DNA of 64,000 bases from Phoronis australis. Its lineage: Eukaryota; Animalia; Phoronida. The notes under the pieces were generated by a model, which was not told the DNA's origin, ran no database searches, and saw only the letters and a program-made list of their open reading frames with translations. Every line of letters starts with the position of its first letter. Position 1 is the stretch's first letter. The position numbers and the translations under genes were made by a program. Location: positions 365,863 through 429,862 of the forward strand of contig NMRA01000227.1 in NCBI GenBank assembly GCA_002633005.1. The letters run 5' to 3'. Shown piece by piece: positions 52,189-64,000 of the stretch.

Positions 52189-52776
52189 TATGCTCTTATT
52201 GTGAATAGGACGATTGACGATTATTTTCTGATGACTTCATCTACTGTGGCCCATTCTAGTTGCAATTATTTTTTGTGCTCCTAGCCTCCTAGTGGCAATT
52301 TAATTTTTTTTCTGTTTTCCTCACTGCAGGTTTTTATGAAATTTGGTGAATAGCCTTGATGGCATATAGCAAACTTCGGATGGATTCCACATATTTTGCG
52401 CCATCTAGTGGCCATTTTTATGATGCAAATAAATACCCCTATGAGCACGCCGTTTCCGGAGCATTCGTGGGCGTATTTCAACACTCCACATTGCTCTTGT
52501 CATTTAACTTGTCAAGTAATTTTCTAATGACACCATCCCGTTTTTGGACGAATTCGTCATATTCTGTGCCATCTAGTGGCCATTTTTACGATACTGATAA
52601 GGGCCCCTGAAAGAATACCCTTTGCGATACAGTCGTGGGCATTTATCAATGCTCTGCGTCGCTTTTGTTTATTTTGTTTATGGTTTTTAGCCACTGAATT
52701 AATCAGAATTGACAATACTTTTTGCATTGTTTAGAAATATTAATTTCACTGTGCTAAGTATTAAAGTGTATTACAG

Positions 52777-52905
52777 CAAGACATGGGGATGACGTACGAG
52801 GAGTTGTCTGTATATGGGAGACTGAGGAAACAGTTACTGTGCGGTCCATACAGTATGTTTAACAAGCTGGTGCATATTTGGAGGGACAGGTGCACACCTG
52901 CTCAG
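52777..52905 (+). CDS. NADSYN1: NADSYN1 exon 16
   Basis: [43 protein letters not shown]. Confidence 0.95.
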
Positions 52906-53112
52906 GTGAGATAACCAGATGACAGTTATTTACTACCAAAATGCTCATTTTCCTTGACAATCTCATTCTTTACCACATATTTCAACATGGCAATACTCAA
53001 CTACTACAGATTTTGTTATGGTAAAATCAATTTAGGACACAATATGGCAGACACAGCAAATTTTGTTTTTTCATTTTGTTCATCTAAGATAAATGGCACC
53101 AAGTTAACGGTT

Positions 53113-53802
53113 TATCATATTCAGGGCCTGCACTATACCTACCATACCTACCATAAGACAATATTATATTCAGGGCCTGCACTATACCTACCATACCTAC
53201 CATAAGACAATATTATATTCAAGGCCTGCACTATACCTACCATACCTACCATGAGACAATATCATATTCAAGGCCTGCACTATACCTACCATACCTACCA
53301 TGAGACAATATCATATTCAAGGCCTGCACTATACCTACCATACCTACCATGAGACAATATCATATTCAAGGCCTGCACTATACCTACCATACCTACCATG
53401 AGACAATATCATATTCAAGGCCTGCACTATACCTACCATACCTACCATGAGACAATATCATATTCAAGGCCTGCACTATACCTACCATACCTACCATGAG
53501 ACAATATCATATTCAAGGCCTGCACTATACCTACCATACCTACCATGAGACAATATCATATTCAAGGCCTGCACTATACCTACCATACCTACCATGAGAC
53601 AATATCATATTCAAGGCCTGCACTATACCTACCATACCTACCATGAGACAATATCATATTCAAGGCCTGCACTATACCTACCATACCTACCATGAGACAA
53701 TATCATATTCAAGGCCTGCACTATACCTACCATACCTACCGTGAGACAATATCATATTCAAGGCCTGCACTATACCTACCATACCTACCATGAGACAATA
53801 TC
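53113..53802. repeat. 49-bp minisatellite, about 14 copies
   Basis: ATATTCAAGGCCTGCACTATACCTACCATACCTACCATGAGACAATATC. Confidence 0.95.
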
Positions 53803-54529
53803 TTGGAAAACTCGCTATTTACAACAATGGCGCCCCTTAGTGGCAGTTTTATTTTTTCTCATCCGCGACTTCATCTCCCATGAAACCTCTTGCAGGATCT
53901 TTTTTAATTTGACTGGTGTATTTCTAGGAATCTGACAGTAGGAGATGGCAACTTTTGGATAAATCCAGTTACAGTTTAAACCCCCTACATTTACTTGCAT
54001 TGCTCAATTTAGTATGAATGTTTGAAATAGTTACCATATCTTTGTATCTGTGCTGTATGTGGTGCACATGGTTGATGGATATCAATACTTCATGTTGCTG
54101 ATTTTTGATGCTAAAACTTTTAATGACTTATAGTTTACATAATTATCAGAATAAGATGTCCAAATGTAAACCATTCTATTCAGTAAAATTTTGTTCTTTG
54201 AAATGATACCAAATTTTGTAGAATTGTTTTTGGATTGTGGAAAATGTTTGAGGAAATTTATGCGGAACACTTTTTGGGTGGTATCATTATAGATTTCTTG
54301 TGCTACTATGATATTTTATATTATGTCTAACTAACTAGTCAGTAATCACTGAGAGCTGTTACTGATTTAGACCATATACTTTAAACAAATAGCAAAGGAT
54401 TTTAGAACAATAGTCGAACATTTCAGCATCACTTTGTAAGACAAAAAATAGTTTACACTCTATTAAAAATATTAAATAACCTTGTTAAACATTCTGATGT
54501 TTCCAGTGTTGAGACTCCTCTCATTTCAG

Positions 54530-54706
54530 GTGGCACAGAAAGTCAAGCATTTTTTTCGGTCCTACGCCATCAACCGGCATAAGATGACTGTGCTGACACC
54601 TGGCTACCATGCGGAGACTTACAGTCCAGACGACAACAGATTTGACCATCGTCAATTCTTGTACAACATCCGGTGGCCATGGCAGTTCCATAGAATAGAC
54701 ACAGAG
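54530..54706 (+). CDS. NADSYN1: NADSYN1 exon 17
   Basis: [59 protein letters not shown]. Confidence 0.93.
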
Positions 54707-54938
54707 GTAGTGTGAACGCGAGAGTCACGTGATCGAAGTTGTATGTCATACTCTCAAATGGAAAAGATTTGATCAGATTTCGTCTGCAGTCTAATTGATT
54801 CACTGTAATCCCACATTGATATGGAGTTTACTTAACTTGAGATGACCTTTACTGATGTTGAGGTCGGCAGGTAAACAGTTATCGTTACATTGGCTTTCAC
54901 AACAACTTTTGATCTGGGATACTATGTCCATGTAAAGC

Positions 54939-55170
54939 CTAACTTGTGTCTACACTAACTTGCGTCTACACTAACTTGCGGCTACACTACTAACTTGGGT
55001 CTACACTACTAACTTGCGTCTACACTACTAACTTGTGTCTACACTACTAACTTGCGTCTACACTACTAACTTGGGTCTACACTACTATCTTGGGTCTACA
55101 CTACTAACTTGCGTCTACACTACTAACTTGTGTCTACACTAACTTGTGTCTACCTTAACTTGTGTCTACA
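54939..55170. repeat. 16/19-bp minisatellite
   Basis: CTAACTTGBGTCTACA(CTA). Confidence 0.9.
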
Positions 55171-55590
55171 AAGTGTTAGCCTTGTTACTGACTCCATATT
55201 TCTCACAGAGGTTAAGCCTGACCTGCAAATGACCCCGATTCAGTTTTGGGTCAGTTGGTCCAGGTCACATTAACTTTCAGTATAATCTTGTACAATCCTT
55301 AACTGTAGAATGCTTGAGGCTTTTGTCTTTTTAAGAGTTTGGTAGGGAGGTTGGTGATTCCTTGTGGGTAACCTTGAGTTCACCTGGCCTGAAGGAAGTT
55401 AGTGTGATCACTTGCTTTGTTTCCATGTATCACAGGTTAAGCAAGCTGGTGTGATCACTTGCTTTGCTTGTAGTATATGGCAATATCTCACAAAGTCTTG
55501 TGTTCTCACAAGCTTATTGCATCTAATGCAATTTTTCTCTCTTTTTTCATTCTTGTTACACTTTAAAATACAGAGTAATACATTTTGCAG

Positions 55591-55653
55591 GTTGAGAACA
55601 TCGAGAAACTTCAAATGCCAGTAGATGATGCCAGGTCAGGGGTTACAGTATAG
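55591..55653 (+). CDS. NADSYN1: NADSYN1 probable terminal exon 18
   Basis: ttttgcAG|VENIEKLQMPVDDARSGVTV*; phase 0; length similar to the vertebrate C-terminal tail. Confidence 0.7.
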   Translation, partial: VENIEKLQMPVDDARSGVTV

Positions 55654-58132
55654 ACCCAGATAGTGGAAGACCAAACTGCATAGATCTACATCAACTTTAT
55701 CTGTTTACACTGAGTCAGTTTGCCTTTGAAAACAGTGACTGAGTCGCACATTTTGAAGTCCTAGATCTTTCAATAATGTTCATAACTGTGATCGAGTCTC
55801 AAGTTATGATCCTAGATCCTCCAGTAATGTCCATAACCACTGGGTTCATTGAACAGCTAGTTGGCAACCTCCTTTGTTTGCTGTAATATTTAATTAGAGC
55901 ATAATTTGTTTGAATGGCTTCAAGATGATTTGTTAGATGCATTGCGCAGAGTGCATTCTGGGAGATAGTAAAGATGGTGGCACTTGTGAAACGAGCTTTT
56001 GAAGTTTGATTAAATCCAATTTGTTATTACACAAGTGGAAACCATGGCGATCACCCCCAGCATCACTGTAATAAAGTTCATTTGGACAGTACACTGTAAA
56101 TCAACTCTGTTTGGTTGGTCAAACAATCATCTTAATAAATTTTGTGATCATATTTAATTGACAAGTGGTCAAAATGTTGATATTCGTTAGTAGTGTCTTT
56201 TGATAGGACTGTTTTGTTTGTACACATGTATAAGTACATTCCATGTTGTTAAGAGTCTACAGGTAATACTCAGTAAGTAGAATGCTATTTTTTGTATACT
56301 TTCCATGTAAAATTAATTAAGCATTTATTGCCAATCTGAAATACAGCAATATAATTACAATGAAATCATGGTTGAAAATTGTTGTGGCTTGTGAATGTCA
56401 GTGTTGGTTCATCAAGGTAGTGCACTATATTAAGTCAGTCACAAAGCCACCGAGGTCATATCGCATGAAGCATGCTGTAGCTACTGCTGTCATGCTAATC
56501 ACTGCCCTGCTGTCTAATTTATATTCATCTTTAATTACTTTATATTAATCATTTCACTGCTCACAGATTAACTGTTGCGCAGTAATTGGCAGTGGCGTCA
56601 CCAAAAACATGCAAGTCGGAGGGACACGATGTATCGTTCTTTTCTCATCCATATCTGCATAGTGTTTTAATGGCTGTCCTTTTGAAAACTAGGTTAATCC
56701 TAGAATTGATTAATATTTCAACTTTCACTTAACATCGCAAGTTGAAACCCGGTTTCCATCCAAAAATTTGAATTTAAGCCACTTTGAAAGTGGTCCCAAA
56801 TTTTTCCTTAGTCAAAAAAGATGCGAACTTGGCTCTACAAGGGAACTTGCCAGTTTATTCACTTAACAAACCACCCGAGACCAATTTTATAGCGGTAAGT
56901 TGTCTAAATCAAAATTTTACATTTTCAACACAACACAAGTTTACTGCCGTTTTAAATGTGACATTTCTTACTGCTGCATGGCAAGATGCCATTCTCAAAA
57001 TTAGACTGGAATATTCAAGCTTTTTTTACAAAGGGGATATTTAGGGACGTACGATATAATTAGGTGAATACACTTAAGGACTGTTCACGATTATTCCAGT
57101 TTTCACCAGCGTACCCACTGTACTCTTCCCCGACCCCACAAAGCGAACAAAAATAAAAGATCTTGGTCTGTATTTTCACCCGAGCTGCAAGTTGTGAAAG
57201 TGAACTCTGCACCAAAGTTACTAGGTGCACGAAGGCCTTCAGGCGAAAATCATGACATTTTCGTACTGGAAGGTGGAGTTGCTTGTGTGTGCGTGAGTTA
57301 GCTTGGTAACCAAGGAGAACCAAAAGTGACTATGGTAAGTGGCACATGTCCCTTCTTGTTGAACAGGCATTTTCCCACAACTTATTGTTCAGAATGTGTG
57401 CAGCAAATAAAAACCCGTAAAAAGACCAGTTACCTGTTTTTACAAAACAATCAGGTTGAAAGTAACTGTTAGTAACAGAAAATGCACTCTGAATGTCTCT
57501 GTTTTAAAACATTGGTCGGTTGAATAAAATTGTTATACACTTCAGTGGGAAAGTGGCAGTCGTAAAAATTAACATGAACAAAGCATGATCAAAAACAAAC
57601 ACTTGTTACAAATTGCTATATTTACATAATGCACAAACTCAACAAATGGACAATTTGGATTGAAATCCCAAACCCTGATATTTTATATATTCCTAAATTA
57701 TGACAATGACACTTCATTTATTTAAAATACAATACAAAATTTTCTTGTTATAAATACTATAGTTGCACTTATGTAAGCCAAATTTATTATTAACTACTTT
57801 GCCACATTTTATGGACCAAGTGCAAAAATGCACATGCAAAATAGTCTATCAAGAATGTAAACAAGTAGGCCCCATACCTCACGAGTTAAAAGTACACAAC
57901 TATTAAAGTGGACATTATCATTCATTCAAGTGAAATACTTGATGTGCAAACTTTCAATCAAAACTGGAAACCCGTATCGCAGAGCCTCTGCTACTACTAG
58001 GGAATGAATGAGAAATTCCCACAAACATTGTGTTGTCCTCTGTTGGTTTTCCTGGACAACATCTCCAGGGTTGTGGAGTGGACTTTACCAAAGTAAAGAA
58101 TCCTGCACAGGTGAGATGGAACAGCTGCTTGG

Positions 58133-58424
58133 AAACTGGACATGTGAGGAGTGCAGGGATATTGCCAGTGTTTGAACTGGACATCTGAGAAGTGCAGGGA
58201 CATTGCCAGTGTTTGAACTGGACATGTGAGAAGTGCAGGGATATCGCCAGCATTTGAACTGGACATGTGAGAAGTACAGGGATATTGCCAGTGTTTGAAC
58301 TGGACATGTGAGAAGTACAGGGATATTGCCAGTGTTTGAAGTGGACATCTGAGAAGTGCAAGGATATTGCCAGTGTTTGAACTGGACATGTAAGGAGTGC
58401 AGGGATATTGCCAGTGTTTGAACT
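58133..58424. repeat. 41-bp minisatellite x7
   Basis: AACTGGACATGTGAGAAGTGCAGGGATATTGCCAGTGTTTG. Confidence 0.92.
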
Positions 58425-58479
58425 CGGTAATGTCTGAACACATCGGAGACACGTGAGAATGCTCAACAATTTGGGGTTT

Positions 58480-58721
58480 AAAAAAATAATTGCAGGTTGT
58501 CTGATACATGTTGTACCAGACGTGCGCCCGCCTCACATGTGGGCCCATTGCACTGATCACCTGGAAATATTTTTATGCTTTATTAATATACGGTTAAAAC
58601 CGAGCTGAGGAGCTAGAAACCTGGCTCAAGGGTTTAGCAGTGTGACCTGGTGGGACTTGAACCCATGACCTCGAGTAAAGAAAGCGAGCACTTATCAACC
58701 AGGCCACACTGCCTCCTCTAA
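58480..58721 (-). mobile_element. tRNA-derived SINE, 242 bp, with a 15-bp TSD
   Basis: Minus strand: A box TGGCCTGGTTGA, B box GGGTTCAAGTCCC, then CCTTGAGC; T-rich end; TSD AACAATTTGGGGTTT at 58465-58479 and 58722-58736. Confidence 0.8.
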
Positions 58722-61572
58722 AACAATTTGGGGTTTGAGAGGGGTTCAAAAAGGTGGAGTGTGTGATGACCTAAGAAACTACAGGAAAACCAAATGTTGC
58801 CAGGAATCAATTGTCATTCCTGTGTAGAAGGAGAAAGGTAGCTCTGCAACACAAGGACAACATTACAGCAAGTTTACATAGTAATTACCTGCACACCAAT
58901 TACACCATTAAAGTTTCTAAATATTCAAATAGAATAATACATTTGGACAAGACAGTTGTGATTTTGATGGCCAAAATAAATGTACATTACTGAGCAGGCA
59001 TATGCCTCAAAGCAAGAATTACCTGATGGACAATTACTGGACATAACTTGCATGATTAAAGTTTACAGCAGACAATCAACTTTCCTGCACTAACTGTCAG
59101 TAGCAATATGATCATCACAAAATATCACAATATCTTTATCACAAACATTTACCATAAATACACATCAATTGTTAGTAATTTACACATTGACACAGATGTA
59201 GCTAATACAAGATGTAGAGGTAAACAACATGATAATATACTGTACGGGTAAACAACAATTTAAAACAATCACATTCTGACAAATTGGTAAGCTGTGATAA
59301 TTGTAATTGTAACTTGTACTTATATTTTAAACAGTTCAATAATGGAAGATACCTTCCCCTTACAGTCTATGCAAGTCACATGACAAAGAATATCAGTAAT
59401 TGCAACATCAGAGTTTAAAGTAATTAATAAAGTAATTAGCAAACCGGGCTTGATGCCACAAAGCAGCTACGACAGAGAAAGGTGGATTTAGGCAGACCTA
59501 GGTTTGTCCCTCCTCGCTGCCAACAGAAATAAACAATAATCTGTTATACAGTTGTAGCATCAATGGCCAAGATTTAGTATGCAAACAAAGCTCAAGACAT
59601 CTGAATGTCACTAGGGATGGAAGTTTGGGTCCCCTCTTATCTCCGATCCACCTAAATAATTTGGACCCCCTCTTCCATCCATCTACATTGTTAAGTTAAC
59701 GAAAAATAATGGGATCTTGTGCATAACTTATTAATTTTAAGCAACTAAGCCATGCACAAAATTAGCCAAGATCATGTAATGAAATATACGAAAAACATGG
59801 AGATGTTGGAAGTCCAACAAACCACAGTTTACACCAAAAAACTTGCTTGCAACATCAAAACTGCAAAATACCTAACATATTGACAGGTACAGGATTTTAG
59901 TAAAGTGAGATGAACACACCTATTACTAGAAACCAACATACAATATGAAGAGACCAACATTTTACTAAAGATTATGCAGTTTGTCATTCATTGCAGCAGT
60001 GTCAAGAGACCAAAAACTCTGAAATAAGATAGAACAAAGCAGTCGCACAAGATGTCTGTAAACAGACTGACACATTTTTAACACTTCCCCCAGACAAGCA
60101 AAATAACATCAAACTGAAATCTAAGCTCATTCTCCCACATGGATTCCATTAAATGAGCGTCACTACTACTAAAGGGAACTGTTAATTAGCCTTAACGAGG
60201 TGTCTACCTTAAGAAGCACCTGAGACATGTTAGACATAACTACACAGGCTACAAATATAGCCTTGTCAGTCATGCATTACCACCACCTAGTCACATAGCA
60301 ACAACTTTCAGCAAGTAATAAACACCACTACACTCTCTTCAACTATATTATGTTAATATTTACAAAGCCATCGCCAGATATCCAAATGAGCAAAAATTAG
60401 TTCAGCACAAAATATACAATTACAGGCTTTTCATAACTGCTGGTGCTCCTGTAGTATAATTAACACACTTTTTTGTTCATGAAGACCACAAAGCAGTATA
60501 TATCCTCGTTGGCATAAAACAGTTAACGCTGTGCTAACCCTGAAGTTGCTTCCATGAATTAAAGACAAAGTCAAACCATTATGTTGTTGCCTTCACTAAA
60601 AAATAAAATTCCGGTCACCTTTTTGAGACATTTTTGATGTTAATTATTGTTCTCCTGGTCTTCATGACCGACTACGCAACAATTGAGTGAGCTGACATCT
60701 GTGGCCCAGCAAAATGTACGCAACTCATTTCTGCATCCACTTACATTGAACTAACACAGCAGTGAATATAGTATGTATCAGTCATTGGCCAATGTTCAAT
60801 GAAAGTGAATCCAGATTACCAGTGCAGTGTATTTTTAGTAAAACTATCCCCAAAAATGTTTGATTTTACACTCATGACATTTTCCTGAAAGTAGATAAAA
60901 GTTTCTGTCAACACATGGGCAAAGCTTTTCTCAAAGGTCGAAACATTTGGCTTAGTTTTCAACAGTATCCTAAATATGTTAACTGCACATAGGGAATGGC
61001 ATCTCTCAATCACACAAATTGATAATAAATTAATAAATCTAACAACAACACTATGTCACATGATGCTGGTGTACAACTTACTCACTTGGAAACCCTGCTC
61101 ATCTCCTTTTTGAACCACACCTATCTTTCACTTAAAGACTTTCTTAACTATCACTTAAATGAGAAAAAAATATTAGTTGCTTATGATGATTATGATTTAT
61201 TAAGATTGTGAACATCACATCACATCACATCGCACCACATCACCTTTTGGAACTTTAATATCCATGTCTACATATATGTTAACGTATACACATATATGTA
61301 TGTATAGATATGTACATGCATGTGTAGTGAAGGAAATGCATGTTGTGACAAAGGAGTTACCTTGCTAATAAACAGCCCAGAGCTTGACTACCTATCAATA
61401 GAAGAAGTTAAAAAACTAATAAAACACCGTGATCAGTCCAAGTTTGCCCCAAGCCCCACCACAACTTAATGTTTCAACCATACCAGTGCTCGAAAAGTCT
61501 TGTTTTTCATAGCCATTGGTGACAGCAAATGCGTAAATGGTAATAAGTTATTCAGCGTGTCACCAAATTGCA

Positions 61573-61614
61573 ATAATGCGTCCACATATAAATATGTGGG
61601 CGCATAATAAAAAA
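61573..61614 (-). mobile_element. Isolated HINE 5'-terminal hairpin
   Basis: Reverse complement TTATGCGCCCACATATTTATATGTGGACGCATTAT is identical to the start of the 49801 copy. Confidence 0.7.
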
Positions 61615-63292
61615 TGTCCATTAACAGCAGATCTTCCCAATAACGGTCCTGTTGCCTTCAGATTAGTCTTTCATGAATAAATTTACAAAACTGTAGAGTG
61701 GTGTCCTCTCAATTCGACTGAATAATGCGCAGACGATTAGTGACCAAGTAGCGCTCCATTTGGATTGCAGCTTAACTATCGTCATGTGACTCTGTAGAAC
61801 TACGTGCTGCGTGCAAGCTGTCAAGTTTTGAGTCAGAATGCACGCCATAAGTAGTTTGAAGACATATATGTTTGAAATAATAGTTACGATGGTTTATGTG
61901 TTTGGGATGTTTATTTTCCAGGCTCTGCGACCCAACAAATTAGCGAATTGTCATTGTAAGGTTTAAGTGCGGCCGTCTTATTTTGATTGTCAGGCACCGC
62001 TCACTGTTGCCATTGTGTGAAACATGCTACAGGGTGTCATTTCTCGCGACACCATTTTGACGATCACTTTTAAATGGTCCCATCACCATTTGGCTAAAAC
62101 AAGTGATGTGGACTTTCAGCACTGCATAAAAGGCCCAAAAAGCATACTTGATTCTTGTGTGTACTCCAACAATCATTTTGAAAAGGCCTGACATCATCAA
62201 AAAAAGCAAGCACCAGTCCGCATTATTTTCAGATAAGGTCTCAAATGTTTTGAAAAGCCCCACAAGGCTTGCAAATAAGACCTAACTACACACTACCAGC
62301 CCAGATGGATAGTTAGTATTGACAATCAACCTGGAGCAAACCTAGTCACTGGAGACAGTCTATCATCCCATAACCACAATTTGTGATGACACTATTAATA
62401 CCACTATATTACATATTTGAGAAATACAATTGGTTTCTTAAGACAACATGCTATCAAAAGCACTCAACCAGTCATTCTGCACACCTTAGGGTAATAGCCT
62501 TCATTCATTACCAACCACCAAATTTATTGAATAACTGTTCAAGTACCAACAGCAAACTCATAAAACTACGTTCATGATCAAAGAATCTCATTATGTTCAT
62601 GAAAGCAATGCCCAGGTGTTCATAACCATACGATCACATTTTTTCTTAAGTTGTGACTTTTCACACATCGCTGTATTTTCCACAAACATGATTTTTTGAA
62701 CAACTTGCAATTTCTGTTTTTATATTCTATTATTGATTTTCTTATTAAAGACTTTTAGCCAAAGAGACTGGCTTAACCTCGGTTTTTCAAAGGACAGTGA
62801 AGTTCTTTAAGTAAAAAAAAACAAAAGAAAGTCACAGACATACTATTGTAGATAAGAGAACAAACATACATGATTTCCAAGCGTGTGGAAAAAATGGCAA
62901 TCTGCAAAAAAACCAAGATTTCTTAAGAAAACATAAATCAATAGGACATTCTTTTTGGACACTATGATTTAGTGACCATCAAGGACTTCACAAACATGTA
63001 GTTTCATGGGTCTACTTATAAGTTATTCAAGAAACTTGATGCTAGGTAACAAAGGTAGTCCACTATCTTAATTTGTAACCCGGTTTGACTGACAGAAAAA
63101 TCTCATCACTTTATCTCAGAAAGCCTTTCAATTCAGATAATAGTCTCAAACGAAAACAGCATCTCTACGAGAACCACAACTTCATGAAGAACTTCTTAAC
63201 TTTGGACACAACACTATATGTGTGCTAGTCGACTACAGACAACCACATAGCCTCAAAGCCCTTCAATATTCCAAGGCTGTATACAGCCAGTA

Positions 63293-64000
63293 CTATGCCA
63301 TGGCGGCATGCCGTAACAATAGAATGAACAAAATGGCAAAAAAGAACAGAGACGTGAACATGATCATGAATGCAATCAGTAGGTTCTTGCCCGCAGACTT
63401 GCGGTGCTTGAGGTCACGGCGCACAATGGGGGTCTCCCGTGGGCACCGCACACGGAAATCATTACGGATAAAATTATGACAGCCTTGGCGATGAAACTCG
63501 TTCCAGATGATTCTTTTTTTCTTGTCTGGAATGTCGTGACAGCTGATGATACACTGACAATAGAACTCAATGCGCAGCGACAGAGGCCACACTTTGAACA
63601 TGCTGTAATGTTCTACTTTGTAACCCAGTAGGTACATGATCAGTCCCAGGTAGACATCCTCCAGCGGAAGGGAGGGAATGTTGGGTGACAGGGCGTACAA
63701 TTGGCGTGCCAGAGGCAAACCCATCACATAAGCTGTGCCTGAGCAGAATGGGGGATACCAGTCAAACATGTACTCCTCGTAGGTCACATGATACTTGCTT
63801 TCAGGGCTGCGGTAGGGCTCGGTCATCTCCTTGTTGCAACTGCCCACTATGGTCTGAGAGAAGTTATACTGCGCAGTGCGCAGGAAGTTGAGCAGCTGAG
63901 GCACATTGATAAACATGTCTTCATCTGTCTTCATCAGATAGCGTGCGCCACTACAGAATGTAGACGCCCACTTGACTGTCATCACCGTCTTGAGCGTTAA
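63293..64000 (-). CDS. GT31 family beta-1,3-galactosyltransferase-like protein, 3' part (5' end outside the window)
   Basis: LTLKTVMTVKW, MKTDEDMFIN (DxD), YPPFCSGTAYV, LEDVYLG motifs; the frame is open to the window edge. Confidence 0.9.
   Translation of the reverse strand, partial: LTLKTVMTVKWASTFCSGARYLMKTDEDMFINVPQLLNFLRTAQYNFSQTIVGSCNKEMTEPYRSPESKYHVTYEEYMFDWYPPFCSGTAYVMGLPLARQLYALSPNIPSLPLEDVYLGLIMYLLGYKVEHYSMFKVWPLSLRIEFYCQCIISCHDIPDKKKRIIWNEFHRQGCHNFIRNDFRVRCPRETPIVRRDLKHRKSAGKNLLIAFMIMFTSLFFFAILFILLLRHAAMA

Larger units (their letters stand above)
48495..52500 (+). mobile_element. Second HINE copy (middle layer)
   Basis: 5' TATTTATATGTGGACGCAT..GCCGTCATGTCTGTC; 3' GTGGGCGTATTTCAACACTCCACATTGCTCTTGT. 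Confidence 0.6.
46305..52670 (+). mobile_element. Old, diverged HINE copy (outer layer of a nested stack)
   Basis: 5' TTTTTATGTGCCCAC..GGGTGCACAT..GCCGTCATCTCTGTC; 3' GTGGGCATTTATCAATGCTCTGCGTCGCTTTTGTTT; pairing of ends inferred from nesting order. Confidence 0.6.
26948..55653 (+). other. NADSYN1: Glutamine-dependent NAD+ synthetase gene model, 18 coding exons, 2133 nt CDS, 710 aa
   Basis: Nitrilase-like glutaminase domain with E-K-C triad (GPELE, RPK, EICEE) plus synthetase domain (LSGGIDS P-loop, [24 protein letters not shown]); exon phases consistent throughout. Confidence 0.97.

Noticed and set aside
58620-58713. tRNA gene
   Set aside because: A and B boxes are present, but I cannot see a convincing full cloverleaf, and it sits in a TSD-bounded unit, so it is called a SINE head.

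Overview
Animal (invertebrate-type, AT-rich, intron-rich) genomic DNA, not prokaryotic. I reconstructed four genes by reading exons and splice sites by hand: transaldolase TALDO1 (+, 9 exons, 804-14985, 332 aa); SVIP (-, 3 exons, 26720-18340, 81 aa, missed by the ORF track); glutamine-dependent NAD+ synthetase NADSYN1 (+, 18 exons, 26948-55653, 710 aa, one GC-AG intron), head-to-head with SVIP with 227 bp between the ATGs; and the 3' part of a GT31/B3GALT-type glycosyltransferase (-, runs off the window edge) with an unusual C-terminal hydrophobic tail. Introns hold LINE remnants, a 5'-truncated Copia element, TA-, TTAA- and 6-bp-TSD DNA transposons, and many minisatellites; a tRNA-derived SINE lies downstream of NADSYN1. 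The most striking structure is a Helentron/DINE-1-like non-autonomous element whose internal 451-bp tandem unit carries three near-consensus CTCF motifs about 150 bp apart. One array (21-25 kb) points right and a nested stack (46-53 kb) points left, so they bracket the SVIP/NADSYN1 bidirectional promoter convergently. Family names rest on recalled motifs; no database search was run.
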